NCBI GenBank assembly: GCA_021780155.1
Contig: JAJXZH010000032.1
Location: 8,889-72,888 of the forward strand
Length of the DNA stretch: 64,000 nucleotides
DNA from: a bacterium
Lineage (GTDB): Bacteria > Patescibacteriota > Minisyncoccia > UBA6257 > JAGOQP01
Direction: 5' to 3'
In this document: piece by piece, positions 17,858 through 27,476 of the stretch
Numbering within the stretch: the stretch's first letter is position 1
How the letters are laid out: each line of letters starts with the position of its first letter
Position numbers and translations under genes: made by a program
The notes under the pieces: model-generated
Told to the model about the DNA's origin: nothing
Databases searched by the model: none
Seen by the model: only the letters and a program-made list of their open reading frames with translations

Positions 17858-18667
17858 ATGGAAAACATAATCAATCTAATTTCATATCCGTTTGTTTTGA
17901 GAGCAATATTTGCCGGTATTGTTACTGCGGCACTGCTGGCTTTCTTGGGAGTTTTTGTGGTGTTAAGAAAAATGTCTTTTTATAGCGATGGCATTGCACA
18001 TGCGTCTTTGGCTGGAGTGGCGGCGGGGATTTTGCTTTCCAGCCAGCCACTTTTATGGGCAATGATTGTTGGAGTTATTTTTGCGATTTTGGTTTTTTGG
18101 CTGGAAAAAAAGACAACGGTTTCGGTTGATGCTATTATTGGCGTTTTGTTTACCGCCAGTTTGGCTTTGGGAGTTGTTTTAATCAATCTCAAATCGGGAT
18201 ATCAGCCGGATTTAATCAGTTTTCTTTTCGGAAATATTTTAACGATTCAATATTCGGATATCTGGCTAATTTTAATTGTCGCTTTAATCACCGGCATTTT
18301 TATGATTGTGAAATACAAGCAATATTTACTCTTGTCGCTCAATAAGGATTTGGCTTATCTTTCCGGAATAAATCTTTCTTTATACGAGTTATTGTTTTAT
18401 ATCGCTCTATCGGTTTCGGTAATTTTGGGGATAAAAATAGTCGGAGTTGTTTTAGTGAGCGCTTTGGTGATTGTTCCGGTTTCTTCGGCGAAACTTTTTT
18501 CGTCATCGGCAAAATCTCTGGCCATTTGGAGCGTTATTTTGTCGGAGATATCAATGCTTCTGGGAATATTTTTATCGCTGGCGTTTAATCTGCCGACCGG
18601 CGCAACTATCGTTTTAACCGAGGCATTCATTTTCTTTGTATTGGTTTTAGCTCCGGCAAAGTCGTGA
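17858..18667 (+). CDS. znuB: Zn/Mn ABC transporter permease
   Basis: GVFVVLRKMS..SDGIAHASLAG, LFGNIL, PTGATIVL. Confidence 0.92.
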   Translation: MENIINLISYPFVLRAIFAGIVTAALLAFLGVFVVLRKMSFYSDGIAHASLAGVAAGILLSSQPLLWAMIVGVIFAILVFWLEKKTTVSVDAIIGVLFTASLALGVVLINLKSGYQPDLISFLFGNILTIQYSDIWLILIVALITGIFMIVKYKQYLLLSLNKDLAYLSGINLSLYELLFYIALSVSVILGIKIVGVVLVSALVIVPVSSAKLFSSSAKSLAIWSVILSEISMLLGIFLSLAFNLPTGATIVLTEAFIFFVLVLAPAKS

Positions 18668-18708
18668 TAATTTTTTGAAATTTGAATTTTTAGATGTATA
18701 ATTTTTTT

Positions 18709-19224
18709 ATGAAAAAAAGGATAAATATATTGGCGTCTGTCGCTGTTTTTTTTGTCGGATTTTTTTGGGCTTTTTCGGCGCAAGCAATTTGTCCCATCTG
18801 CACGGTGGCGGTTGCCGGAGGAGTTGGGTTGGCAAGGTATTTTGGGGTTGATGATACGGTAACCGGAACTTGGGTTGGGGGGCTTATTGTTTCTTTGATT
18901 ATGTGGACTTTTGACTGGTTTAATAAAAAAAATATAAATTTTTGGGGGAAGAAAACTTTAACCGTTATTCTTTATTATGCGCTTGTCGCGGCGCCGTTGT
19001 TTTTTACTAATATTATTGGTCATCCGCTCAATAAGATGTGGGGAATGGATAAATTACTTTTGGGAATTTTAGCCGGAAGTTTGATTTTTTTGATTGCGGT
19101 TAATTTATATGAATATTTGAAAAAGAAAAATAACAATCACGCTCATTTTCCCTATGAGAAGGTTGTTTTCCCGGTGCTTGCTTTGTCTATTGTAAGCGGT
19201 ATATTTTATTTTATTACCAAATAA
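18709..19224 (+). CDS. Hypothetical membrane protein with CPICT motif
   Basis: Signal-like N-terminus, AICPICTVAV, about 4 TM helices. Confidence 0.7.
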   Translation: MKKRINILASVAVFFVGFFWAFSAQAICPICTVAVAGGVGLARYFGVDDTVTGTWVGGLIVSLIMWTFDWFNKKNINFWGKKTLTVILYYALVAAPLFFTNIIGHPLNKMWGMDKLLLGILAGSLIFLIAVNLYEYLKKKNNNHAHFPYEKVVFPVLALSIVSGIFYFITK

Positions 19225-19253
19225 TTTAACGACAAATCTTTTTGCTTAAAAAT

Positions 19254-19790
19254 ATGGAAAAAGAAAATAATTTAAAAAAATTAAACGACTTTATTCAAAA
19301 AGTCGACGAAATGAAAAAGAAAGACAAAATGGATTTGTCTTCGGATCAGGATTTGAGTATCGCCATAATGAATCTGGTTTCTATTGAGGAGCATTTTTTC
19401 TTTACCGGAGCCAAGCTGGGAAAAACCGAATATTACGATATGATAAAAGACGTTCGCGAGATGAGAAAGGAGTTGCTTAAAAAAATAATCAAAGAATATG
19501 AAGGAGAGGTTTGGTGCATTTCAAAGCATTTACTCGCCGCTTCGATGCGTCTTATGGAGGTGGGGACAAAACAATTGGGTATGGGAAAAAAAGATGAGGC
19601 CTACGAACTTTTTGACAAGGCATATAACTTATACTCTCTTTTTTGGGGGTTAAATATGAAATTGATTAATGTTGGTGATGTGAAGAAAATAGATGACGAT
19701 GCTTTAAATCGTCATGATACAAAAAAAGGTGGTTTTATGGGAAAACTTGGGGAATTGGTTAAAAAAGCAATTGACTGTTGTGTGGAATAG
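19254..19790 (+). CDS. Hypothetical helical protein (IEEH, WCISKH, C-terminal DCCVE)
   Basis: Long ORF co-oriented with and close to the upstream gene. Confidence 0.7.
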   Translation: MEKENNLKKLNDFIQKVDEMKKKDKMDLSSDQDLSIAIMNLVSIEEHFFFTGAKLGKTEYYDMIKDVREMRKELLKKIIKEYEGEVWCISKHLLAASMRLMEVGTKQLGMGKKDEAYELFDKAYNLYSLFWGLNMKLINVGDVKKIDDDALNRHDTKKGGFMGKLGELVKKAIDCCVE

Positions 19791-19841
19791 AATAGAACCT
19801 AAATAAACACGGATTTTATACTCAGATTAACGCAGATTAAA

Positions 19842-19871
19842 ATCAAAAAAGACCGGAGGGTCTTTTTTGAT
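19842..19871. terminator. Bidirectional terminator between convergent genes
   Basis: atcaaaaaagacc-ggag-ggtcttttttgat. Confidence 0.75.
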
Positions 19872-19896
19872 GGTAATAAAACAAAGTGTTTTGTAT

Positions 19897-20361
19897 TTAT
19901 TTTTTCTGTAAGTTTTTTATCTTTAAAATTTTATTTGCTATAAAAGCGCAAGCGATGGCAATAACAAAAGCGCCCGCGATGTCTAAATAGTGGTGTATTC
20001 CGACAGCAACCCTTGAAAGGCCAACCAATATTGCTATCAGCCACAAAATCAAGCTCAGGCGATTGTTAATAAACATCCAAATTGAAGCTATCGCTCCCAC
20101 CAACATGGCGTGGTCAGAAGGAAATCCATTGTCGGGAGAATGGGGGATTAATGGAATAAAGTTGTTCTGGACAAACGGTCGTGGATCATAATAAAAATGA
20201 CCCAAAATCTTTCCCAAAATGTAAGTGAGTGGCAAAGCAATAATTGCCATTAAAATCGTTTTGATTCTTTTGTCTTTTGATTGTCTCAAAAAATCGGCCA
20301 AGGCGATGAGTAGAACAAAGATATAAAGATATTTTGCTCCAAAAATAAGAATTGAGTCCAT
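19897..20361 (-). CDS. PAP2 family phosphatase (BcrC-like undecaprenyl-PP phosphatase)
   Basis: PRPF, FPSDH, SRVAVGIHH..D. Confidence 0.88.
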   Translation of the reverse strand: MDSILIFGAKYLYIFVLLIALADFLRQSKDKRIKTILMAIIALPLTYILGKILGHFYYDPRPFVQNNFIPLIPHSPDNGFPSDHAMLVGAIASIWMFINNRLSLILWLIAILVGLSRVAVGIHHYLDIAGAFVIAIACAFIANKILKIKNLQKK

Positions 20362-20490
20362 ATTTTTTATGTTAAATATTTCAATTATTTATGATAGCAG
20401 ATTTTTTTAAAATTGTAATTTTTTATTTGACTAAGTCTTTATTTTGTTTTATAAATGTATTTAGCAGTTTGAAAAGAAAGGAGAGCTAAA

Positions 20491-21039
20491 ATGCCAAAGG
20501 AGTCAATAACAGCGGGGATTTGTTTGCTGTCTTTGAGTCCGCCGTCAATCTTGATGGTGTATGATGTGGGGGAGGTTATCATCCAAAAAGATGGCAGTAA
20601 ATATGTCAAACCACCGGCTTGGAAATTGCCGAGCGGTCGAGCAAAACATTTTGATGCGAGTCCAGCATCGACTGCCGTAAGGGAATTATTTGAAGAAACA
20701 GGTATTGAGATTGCAGAAAACAAATTGGACAAAGACTTGATGTTTCAGAGAGTAAAGCGTTCGTTTCGTCCCGACTCCGATTTTCATAGAGATATATTTT
20801 TTATGGTAATTTTGGAAAAGAGGGTCGCGACCGGAACTCCCATAGACCCCAAAATCAGGAAATCAAAGTTTGTACCCATTGATGATATTCCAATTCCGGG
20901 GAGCGGAATTGGGGAAGCGGAAGTTCCGTTGAGCCATATTGAGGCGATTAACGCCTTGATCGACAAAGCGTCGGATAGATTGATTTCTTTTGGAAAAAAT
21001 CCTTTCAGTTTTTATTTGCCGACAGAGGCAAGAGAATAA
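20491..21039 (+). CDS. Divergent Nudix hydrolase (ORFan-type unit)
   Basis: WKLPSG...AVRELFEETG; AAGGAG RBS. Confidence 0.75.
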   Translation: MPKESITAGICLLSLSPPSILMVYDVGEVIIQKDGSKYVKPPAWKLPSGRAKHFDASPASTAVRELFEETGIEIAENKLDKDLMFQRVKRSFRPDSDFHRDIFFMVILEKRVATGTPIDPKIRKSKFVPIDDIPIPGSGIGEAEVPLSHIEAINALIDKASDRLISFGKNPFSFYLPTEARE

Positions 21040-21160
21040 ATAGACAAATTAATTCCGTAAATTACAAATCCGCCATGCCGGCGGATTTTTGTTGGCGAAA
21101 ACGGGAAGGATTTGAATCTTTGATGTTGTTGTTAGTGTAACGATTTTTTCCCGCACAAAG

Positions 21161-21247
21161 CGGAAGGTGGAGGATTCGAACCTCCGATCCCGTTTCCGGG
21201 ATACCGCATTTCAAGTGCGGCGCATTAGACCACTCTGCCAACCTTCC
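21161..21247 (-). tRNA. tRNA-Ser(TGA)
   Basis: Cloverleaf with long variable arm; ccgca-ctTGAaa-tgcgg. Confidence 0.95.
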
Positions 21248-21305
21248 GCTTTAAGCGGGATTGCAATTTATAATTTTGTCTCGCTCAAACAAATCGGGAA
21301 AAATA

Positions 21306-21684
21306 CCAAAAATCCAAAACCAATAAATGGTTTTGAATTTTGTGGACCGTAGCGGAATCTCACATCGTCCCGATAAATCGGGACTCTCTAAAACCATTCG
21401 GTTTTAGTATTTCCTCTACGGGGTATTTACAAAATACCCCGACCCCCAAAGATTCTAATCCACAAATATCCAAAAATCCAAAACCAATAAATGGTTTTGA
21501 ATTTTGTGGACCGTAGCGGAATCTCACATCGTCCCGATAAATCGGGACTCTCTAAAACCATTCGGTTTTAGTATTTCCTCTACGGGGTATTTACGAAATA
21601 CCCCGACCCCCAAAGATTCTAATCCGCAAATATCCAAAAATCCAAAACCAATAAATGGTTTTGAATTTTGTGGACCGTAGCGGA
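21306..21684 (-). repeat. 164-bp tandem repeat (about 2.3 copies) at the tRNA-Ala(TGC) 3' end
   Basis: Units start at 21306, 21470, 21634; two substitutions between the full copies; each includes tggaccgtagcgga, the tRNA 3' end. Confidence 0.95.
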
Positions 21685-21743
21685 TTCGAACCGCTGACCT
21701 CCTCGTTGCAAACGAGGCGCTCTACCAACTAAGCTAACGGCCC
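21671..21743 (-). tRNA. tRNA-Ala(TGC)
   Basis: cctcg-ttTGCaa-cgagg, G3:U70 pair. Confidence 0.96.
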
Positions 21744-21749
21744 ATTTTT

Positions 21750-22349
21750 TTAACTCTTGTCAAAGCTCTTCATATAATCGACAAATTGGATATTGAGCCC
21801 GTTAATCTCGTCAATTTCGGAATTAATGGAATCTATAACCGAATTTATTTGCGCCACTCCATACAATCTTCCGGTCAATTTTTGTCTTAAAAGTTCCAGC
21901 AAATTTGAAAGATAATTATTGTAAGCGACTAGTTTATATATCAGCGTTGTTTCAGAACTTATCGCCACCAGCGCTGCTTCACCGGATTTTTGGGGTTTTA
22001 TGTTCGGAATTTCTTTTGCCATCGTTTCCAATTCTCCCGAAAGCTTAATGGCGGCATCTTGAGCGGAGGCATTTTTTTTCGCTTCTTCAATCAAAACATT
22101 TAACGCCTGAGTGCTTTGTCCGGCATTTTCAAGTTGCTGAATCAGTTTGAGATTTTGGGGGGTGTCCTTAACCGCGCCGGCGATTATTTGGGAATAATTC
22201 CAAGCCAATTGTCTGGCATTGGAAAAGTCGTCGGGGATTATTGAGCTGGAGCGAATCCAAATAAAATAGGAAATTAAAATAATTGCGATTAAAACAATTA
22301 TTGCTATCATAATCGCTCTGGTTTTTTTTGTCATCTTTCCCAAAGTCAT
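21750..22349 (-). CDS. Hypothetical membrane-anchored helical protein
   Basis: Single N-terminal TM followed by a helical domain. Confidence 0.7.
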   Translation of the reverse strand: MTLGKMTKKTRAIMIAIIVLIAIILISYFIWIRSSSIIPDDFSNARQLAWNYSQIIAGAVKDTPQNLKLIQQLENAGQSTQALNVLIEEAKKNASAQDAAIKLSGELETMAKEIPNIKPQKSGEAALVAISSETTLIYKLVAYNNYLSNLLELLRQKLTGRLYGVAQINSVIDSINSEIDEINGLNIQFVDYMKSFDKS

Positions 22350-22492
22350 AAAATAAGATTACTTTTTGTTATTGAAAAAATCAAGAAATCTCAGTGGTAT
22401 TGTTTTTGGCGGTTTTTAAAAATAAAAACAGCATTGATTCACTTGTATTATTTTTTGATTTTTGATATTTTATCTTAAAGTTTCAAAAAATC

Positions 22493-22563
22493 GCGGGTAT
22501 CGTATATCGGTATTACCTCAGCTTTCCAAGCTGATGAGAGGGGTTCGACTCCCCTTACCCGCT
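22493..22563 (+). tRNA. tRNA-Gly(TCC)
   Basis: tcagc-ttTCCaa-gctga; GCGGGTA/TACCCGC acceptor stem. Confidence 0.95.
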
Positions 22564-22788
22564 CACGACAAAATCCCCACCAGGGGATTTTTGCTGTGAG
22601 TAGAAAGAGAGACAAATTTTTGCGACAGAAGAAATTTATTTGAGGGAGACCGACTTGACAACTAAAACAAAGACCATCTTGAATAAAGTGATTTTTTTAA
22701 TATAATGAATTATTAACTATCGGTTCAGTAAGGATTTTTTTGCCGTAAAACATTCTTTTGATATTTTTATAAATTTATTTAAACTCAA

Positions 22789-23790
22789 ATGAGCATCGAC
22801 TTTAATTTTTTAAAAGATAGAAAAAAATTTATTTTTTTTATTGCCGCCGTGTCGGCATTTTTAATTTTGGTTTTAATTTATTGGTTTTTTTTCAGCGCTC
22901 CGCAAAGGGGAGCCAAAGAAGAAACGTTTTCAATTTTGTCTTCCTATAGTTATTCTCAGGTAGTTGGTCAATTAAGGTCGTCGGGTTTTATAAGAAGCCG
23001 AACGGCTTTTGATTTTGCTTTTAGAGGAATTTCGAGAAGCAAAAAAATTTATTCCGGCGGATATATGATTTCAAAGTCAATGAACGTTTTTGAAATTGCG
23101 CGAATTTTATCGCATTCGCCATATTTAAGATGGGTGGTTATTCCCGAAGGATTAAGAAAGGAAGAAATTGCCGCCATTTTACAAAAAAATCTTAGCTGGA
23201 GCGATGCGCAAAAAAATGAATGGATAAATGTCGATACCAATCAATCACCGGATTATTTTGAAGGAGTTTACTTTCCCGATACTTATTTGGTTCCGATTTC
23301 GGAAAGCCCCTCTGATATAGCCAAAAGATTGGTGGCAAAATTTGAACAAGAATTTTCTCCTTACGCCCAACAAGCTCAAAAACAAAACATGAAGTGGACG
23401 ACGGTTCTAAAAATCGCATCAATTATTCAAAGAGAGGCGGCCGGGGCAAATGACGCCAAATTAATTTCGGGAATCATTTGGAATCGGCTTTTGAAAGGAA
23501 TGAAACTTGATATGGATTCTACCGTCCAATATGCCAGAGGAAACACCGGCGATGGCTGGTGGGCTCCAATTACGACAGCGGACAAACAGCTGGATTCCCC
23601 CTACAATACTTATAAATATTCAGGACTTCCCCCTCACCCGATAGACAATCCCGGAGTTATAGCCATTGATGCCGCTATAAATCCACAAAAAACTGATTGT
23701 CTCTATTATTTGCACGACCATTCCGGGCAAATTCACTGCGCCGTTGATTATCAACAGCATTTGAAAAATGTCCAAACTTATTTAAGATAA
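22789..23790 (+). CDS. mltG: Endolytic transglycosylase MltG
   Basis: IPEG, EGVYFPDTY, ASIIQRE, SPYNTYKYSGLPP.PI.NPG. Confidence 0.93.
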   Translation: MSIDFNFLKDRKKFIFFIAAVSAFLILVLIYWFFFSAPQRGAKEETFSILSSYSYSQVVGQLRSSGFIRSRTAFDFAFRGISRSKKIYSGGYMISKSMNVFEIARILSHSPYLRWVVIPEGLRKEEIAAILQKNLSWSDAQKNEWINVDTNQSPDYFEGVYFPDTYLVPISESPSDIAKRLVAKFEQEFSPYAQQAQKQNMKWTTVLKIASIIQREAAGANDAKLISGIIWNRLLKGMKLDMDSTVQYARGNTGDGWWAPITTADKQLDSPYNTYKYSGLPPHPIDNPGVIAIDAAINPQKTDCLYYLHDHSGQIHCAVDYQQHLKNVQTYLR

Positions 23791-23834
23791 AAAATAATAA
23801 TAAAGGCCGGAATTATTTAATTAAAAATAAAAAT

Positions 23835-24083
23835 ATGTTTTACGGATGTAACCCCACTTGGGGATTTGGTTGGATTTTTGGATTTATTTTTTGGATTTTG
23901 GTAATAGTTTTTATCGTCTCGGTTATAAAATGGGTTAAGCGGGGAAAATTTGAAAATTGTAAGAAAGATTTTCGGCACAACTGGTCTTGGCACAAATCAG
24001 CGGTTGATATTTTGAAAGAAAGATACGCCAAAGGAGAAATAGATAAAAAAGAGTTTGAAGAAAAAAAGAGAGATTTGGAATAG
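23835..24083 (+). CDS. SHOCT-domain small membrane protein
   Basis: TM plus ILKERYAKGEIDKKEFEEKK. Confidence 0.85.
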   Translation: MFYGCNPTWGFGWIFGFIFWILVIVFIVSVIKWVKRGKFENCKKDFRHNWSWHKSAVDILKERYAKGEIDKKEFEEKKRDLE

Positions 24084-24164
24084 GAAGACATTTTCCAAAA
24101 ACCGCTCATTTGTTTGGGGCGGTTTTTATTTTATTTAAATTGTGATAAAATAAAAAAATAAAAC

Positions 24165-24500
24165 ATGATTGAATATATTTTCTCTTTTTTTATTGGGGGA
24201 GTGGTAACGCTTGTTATAACTTATTTTGAAATCAACGGAATGCCGTTAGTTTCAAGATTAGCGGCGTTATTTCCCATATTCACCTGGCTTTCTTATGTTT
24301 TTATTGGTCAAGTTTCCGGTCCGGAAGCGGTTGCCAAACATTCACTTTTTGTTTTACTTGGAACTCTTGTTGCCTGGGTGCCTTATATGTTGGTGATTTA
24401 TTTTTTGGCTCCCAAAATCGGATCGACTAAAGCAATTGCCGCCGGCATTGTCACCTTCTTGATTTTAGCGACGATATTTTCTCTTATTTATAAAAAATAA
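24165..24500 (+). CDS. Small four-TM membrane protein (DUF3147/GlpM-like)
   Basis: FFIGG, AALFP motif, 4 hydrophobic helices. Confidence 0.6.
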   Translation: MIEYIFSFFIGGVVTLVITYFEINGMPLVSRLAALFPIFTWLSYVFIGQVSGPEAVAKHSLFVLLGTLVAWVPYMLVIYFLAPKIGSTKAIAAGIVTFLILATIFSLIYKK

Positions 24501-24508
24501 TTTTTATT

Positions 24509-25003
24509 ATGCCAAAAACAAAATTAGCGGATATAAAAGAAATTCGCTCTCAGATAAAAGACATAACTACTCCCGGCAGATTTCAACAATTTACTCGTCT
24601 TGAAAAGGTGGCTATCTTTATAACCAAACGTGTCGGGACGATGGGATTTTTTCTGACGATTGCCGTTTGGAGTATCGGTTGGGTTTGCTGGAACTTGTTC
24701 GCTTCTCAGGGTTTAAGATTTGATCCGTTTCCGGCCTTTGTCTTGTGGCTTTTTATTTCTAATTTTATTCAAATTCTTTTGATGCCCCTTTTAATGGTGG
24801 GGGAAAATCTTTTGAATAAATATGCCGAGGCCAGAGCCGAAGCCGACTTTGCCATCAATAAAGTTTCCGAAAAGGAAATAGAATTGATTATTGAATATCT
24901 GGAAGATATTTCCGACAAAATAGAAAAAATGACCAAAACCGAAAAAGGGCAAACGGATGTCATGAAAGAAGTAAAAAGAAAAATCAGACAAACCCAAAAA
25001 TAA
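24509..25003 (+). CDS. DUF1003 family membrane protein
   Basis: VGTMGFF, FDPFP.F..LFIS...LMPLLMVG.N. Confidence 0.8.
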   Translation: MPKTKLADIKEIRSQIKDITTPGRFQQFTRLEKVAIFITKRVGTMGFFLTIAVWSIGWVCWNLFASQGLRFDPFPAFVLWLFISNFIQILLMPLLMVGENLLNKYAEARAEADFAINKVSEKEIELIIEYLEDISDKIEKMTKTEKGQTDVMKEVKRKIRQTQK

Positions 25004-25007
25004 TTTT

Positions 25008-25718
25008 TTATGCTTTGGCGACAACAAGAGCAATTATTTTTTTAGCGCCGTATTTTTTCAAAACCCTTGATGCTTCAAAAAGAGTGGCTCCGGAAGTAGA
25101 AACGTCATCCACTAAAATTATTTTTTTGCCGGCAATTTTTTGGGAATTTAATGATTGAAAACAATTTTTTACATTCTCTTTTCTATTTGAGAAATCTTTT
25201 TGTTTTGCTTGTTGGGGATTATTTTTTACTCTTTGGAGGAGATTTTCCTGAGGTAGTGAAAAATAATTTGCTACTGATTTTGCCATAACTTCCGACTGAT
25301 TAAATCCTCTTTTGCGAAGCTTTGTCGGATAAAGTGGTATTTGGGTGACTACAAAATCTTTCAGTTCGATCCCGGAGTTTTTAAGGCAAACAATAACCAT
25401 CGCCGAAAGAATATCTCCGATTTTAATTAATTCTTTATATTTAAAATTATGAATTAGAGCGGGGATTGGCGGAAAAAATTTTGATGCCGGAGCTAAAACA
25501 TAATTTGATTTGTGGCAGGCGGAATCGGAATTTGCCAACCTGGCTCCGCATTCGGGACAACGCAATGCCGAAAGGATTTGAATTTCGTCAAAGCAATTTT
25601 GACAAAGAAATTTTGATTGATCTTCTATATCTGTTCCACAATTGACACAAATTGGAGGGAAGATGATGTCCCAAGCGAGTTTCCAGATTGAAGAGGTGAT
25701 TTTTTTTGTTTTTTCCAT
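25008..25718 (-). CDS. comF: ComF family competence protein (Zn ribbon + PRTase)
   Basis: FPPICVNC, RGFNQS, ILVDDVSTSGATL. Confidence 0.92.
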   Translation of the reverse strand: MEKTKKITSSIWKLAWDIIFPPICVNCGTDIEDQSKFLCQNCFDEIQILSALRCPECGARLANSDSACHKSNYVLAPASKFFPPIPALIHNFKYKELIKIGDILSAMVIVCLKNSGIELKDFVVTQIPLYPTKLRKRGFNQSEVMAKSVANYFSLPQENLLQRVKNNPQQAKQKDFSNRKENVKNCFQSLNSQKIAGKKIILVDDVSTSGATLFEASRVLKKYGAKKIIALVVAKA

Positions 25719-25788
25719 TATAATGATTATAAAAGAAAATCAAAAAAATATTAATATTTTTTGAGGTTATTTTTCCAAGCGATTTTAT

Positions 25789-26874
25789 ATGTTTATATTT
25801 GATATATTTAAAAAAATTAGTTTAGGTCCATCTTCTTTTTTGGGGGTGGATATTGGCACGACTTCCATAAAGATTGCCGAATTATCAAAAGGAAAATCCA
25901 ATCCCAACTTGGTAAACTACGCCGTTTTAGAAAGTTATAGCCATTTTGAAAGAGCCAATAATGTAATTCAGGCCAATTCTCTTAAAATTTCAGAACCGGA
26001 AGCGACCGCTTTATTAAAGACGCTTTTAAAACAAGTAAAATTTTCCAGTAAAGCGGTTGTTGCCTCCATACCATCGTATGCTTCTTTTATAACTTTTATG
26101 GAAATGCCGGTGATGAGCCAGGCCGATACCGAAAAGGCGATGGGGTTTCAAATCAAACAAAATATCCCTTTGCCTCTTTCGGAAATTGCCGTCGATTGGA
26201 TAAGAGTAGGAGAGCGAACCGATGAAAATGGATTTTCAAAACAACAGATAATGCTCATCGCCATTCCTAATGAAACTATTAATAAATATAAAACTATTTT
26301 CAGAAATGCCGGATTGTCTTTGAGGGCGCTTGAAGTTGAAAATTTGGCTTTTTCAAGGGCGATAATTGGAGGTGATAAAACTGCAACTTTGGTTGTTGAT
26401 ATTGGAGCTCATTCTACTAATATCAGTGTCGTGGACCAATCGTTTTTAAAGCATAACACTCAAATTGATTATGCCGGAGATACGCTAACGGAAGCGGTCG
26501 TTAAGGGATTGGGGATAAGTTATAAAAGAGCCGAAGAATTAAAAAAACAAAGAGGTATTACCGGCGGCGTGGGCGAGTATGAGTTATCCACTTTGGAAAC
26601 TCCGTTCATTGATGTTATAATAAGTGAGGTCATTAAAGTAAAAGATAATTTTGAAAATAGTTTTGGAGTAAAAATTCAGCGATGTCTTTTAATCGGAGGG
26701 ACGGCTAATCTTTTGGGAATGGATAAATATTTTGAAAATCAATTGGGGTTGACGACGGCTTTGGGAAACGGATTGCTTTTTATATCAGTCCCACCACAAT
26801 TGAATGTCGTTGAAAAAGAACTTCAAACAAGATTTGCCGTTGCTATCGGACTGGCAATTAAAAATTTTATTTAG
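25789..26874 (+). CDS. pilM: Type IV pilus assembly protein PilM
   Basis: LGVDIGTTSIK, VVDIGA, actin-like fold, AIGLA end. Confidence 0.92.
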   Translation: MFIFDIFKKISLGPSSFLGVDIGTTSIKIAELSKGKSNPNLVNYAVLESYSHFERANNVIQANSLKISEPEATALLKTLLKQVKFSSKAVVASIPSYASFITFMEMPVMSQADTEKAMGFQIKQNIPLPLSEIAVDWIRVGERTDENGFSKQQIMLIAIPNETINKYKTIFRNAGLSLRALEVENLAFSRAIIGGDKTATLVVDIGAHSTNISVVDQSFLKHNTQIDYAGDTLTEAVVKGLGISYKRAEELKKQRGITGGVGEYELSTLETPFIDVIISEVIKVKDNFENSFGVKIQRCLLIGGTANLLGMDKYFENQLGLTTALGNGLLFISVPPQLNVVEKELQTRFAVAIGLAIKNFI

Positions 26875-26890
26875 TAAAATACATACAACA

Positions 26891-27463
26891 ATGCCTGATA
26901 ACATTAATTCAACTGTTGGAAGAGCGAGAGCGGCCGGAATGCCTTCAACCGGATTTCCTTGGCGACTTTTGGTTGTTTCCATTATTATCTTCGGATTGAT
27001 GATTTTAATTTGGGCAGGAATTTCTTTTGGATATATTCCTTATTTAAATTCTCAAATCAGTTCGATTGATTCGGCATTCAACAGCTTGTCATCGCAGATA
27101 GACACAAATCAACAAAAAGATCTCGCTCAATTTTATTCGCAACTTTATAATATTCAGACATTATCAAACACCCACTCCTATTCTTCGAAGCTGTTTGATT
27201 TTTTGGAAAAAGATATTTATCCAACGGTTAAAATCAATAACGCGCAAGTGGATATGAGTTCGGGAAGTCTTTCTATTGACGGGACTGCCACGGATTATGC
27301 CACCTTAATAAATCAATTGGCGATTTTGAAAGCCGACCCGGATATCGCTTCCGTTTCTTTGGATTCTTCAAAACAAAATTCATCCAAGGAAGGTAACGGA
27401 GTTTTGTTCTCTATAAAATTGATTTTTAATGGAAAGTTTTTTTATCAACCGCCAAAACAATAA
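26891..27463 (+). CDS. pilN: PilN-like pilus assembly protein
   Basis: TM + coiled coil + ferredoxin-like tail; follows pilM. Confidence 0.7.
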   Translation: MPDNINSTVGRARAAGMPSTGFPWRLLVVSIIIFGLMILIWAGISFGYIPYLNSQISSIDSAFNSLSSQIDTNQQKDLAQFYSQLYNIQTLSNTHSYSSKLFDFLEKDIYPTVKINNAQVDMSSGSLSIDGTATDYATLINQLAILKADPDIASVSLDSSKQNSSKEGNGVLFSIKLIFNGKFFYQPPKQ

Positions 27464-27476
27464 TTTTAAATAATTT

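Noticed and set aside
20350-20377. dif site (TTATGTTAAAT matches the XerD arm)
   Set aside because: The XerC-side arm does not fit and the site overlaps a gene start in AT-rich DNA
21306-21684. CRISPR array
   Set aside because: The units are near-identical over their whole length (no unique spacers), the period is 164 bp, and no cas genes are present
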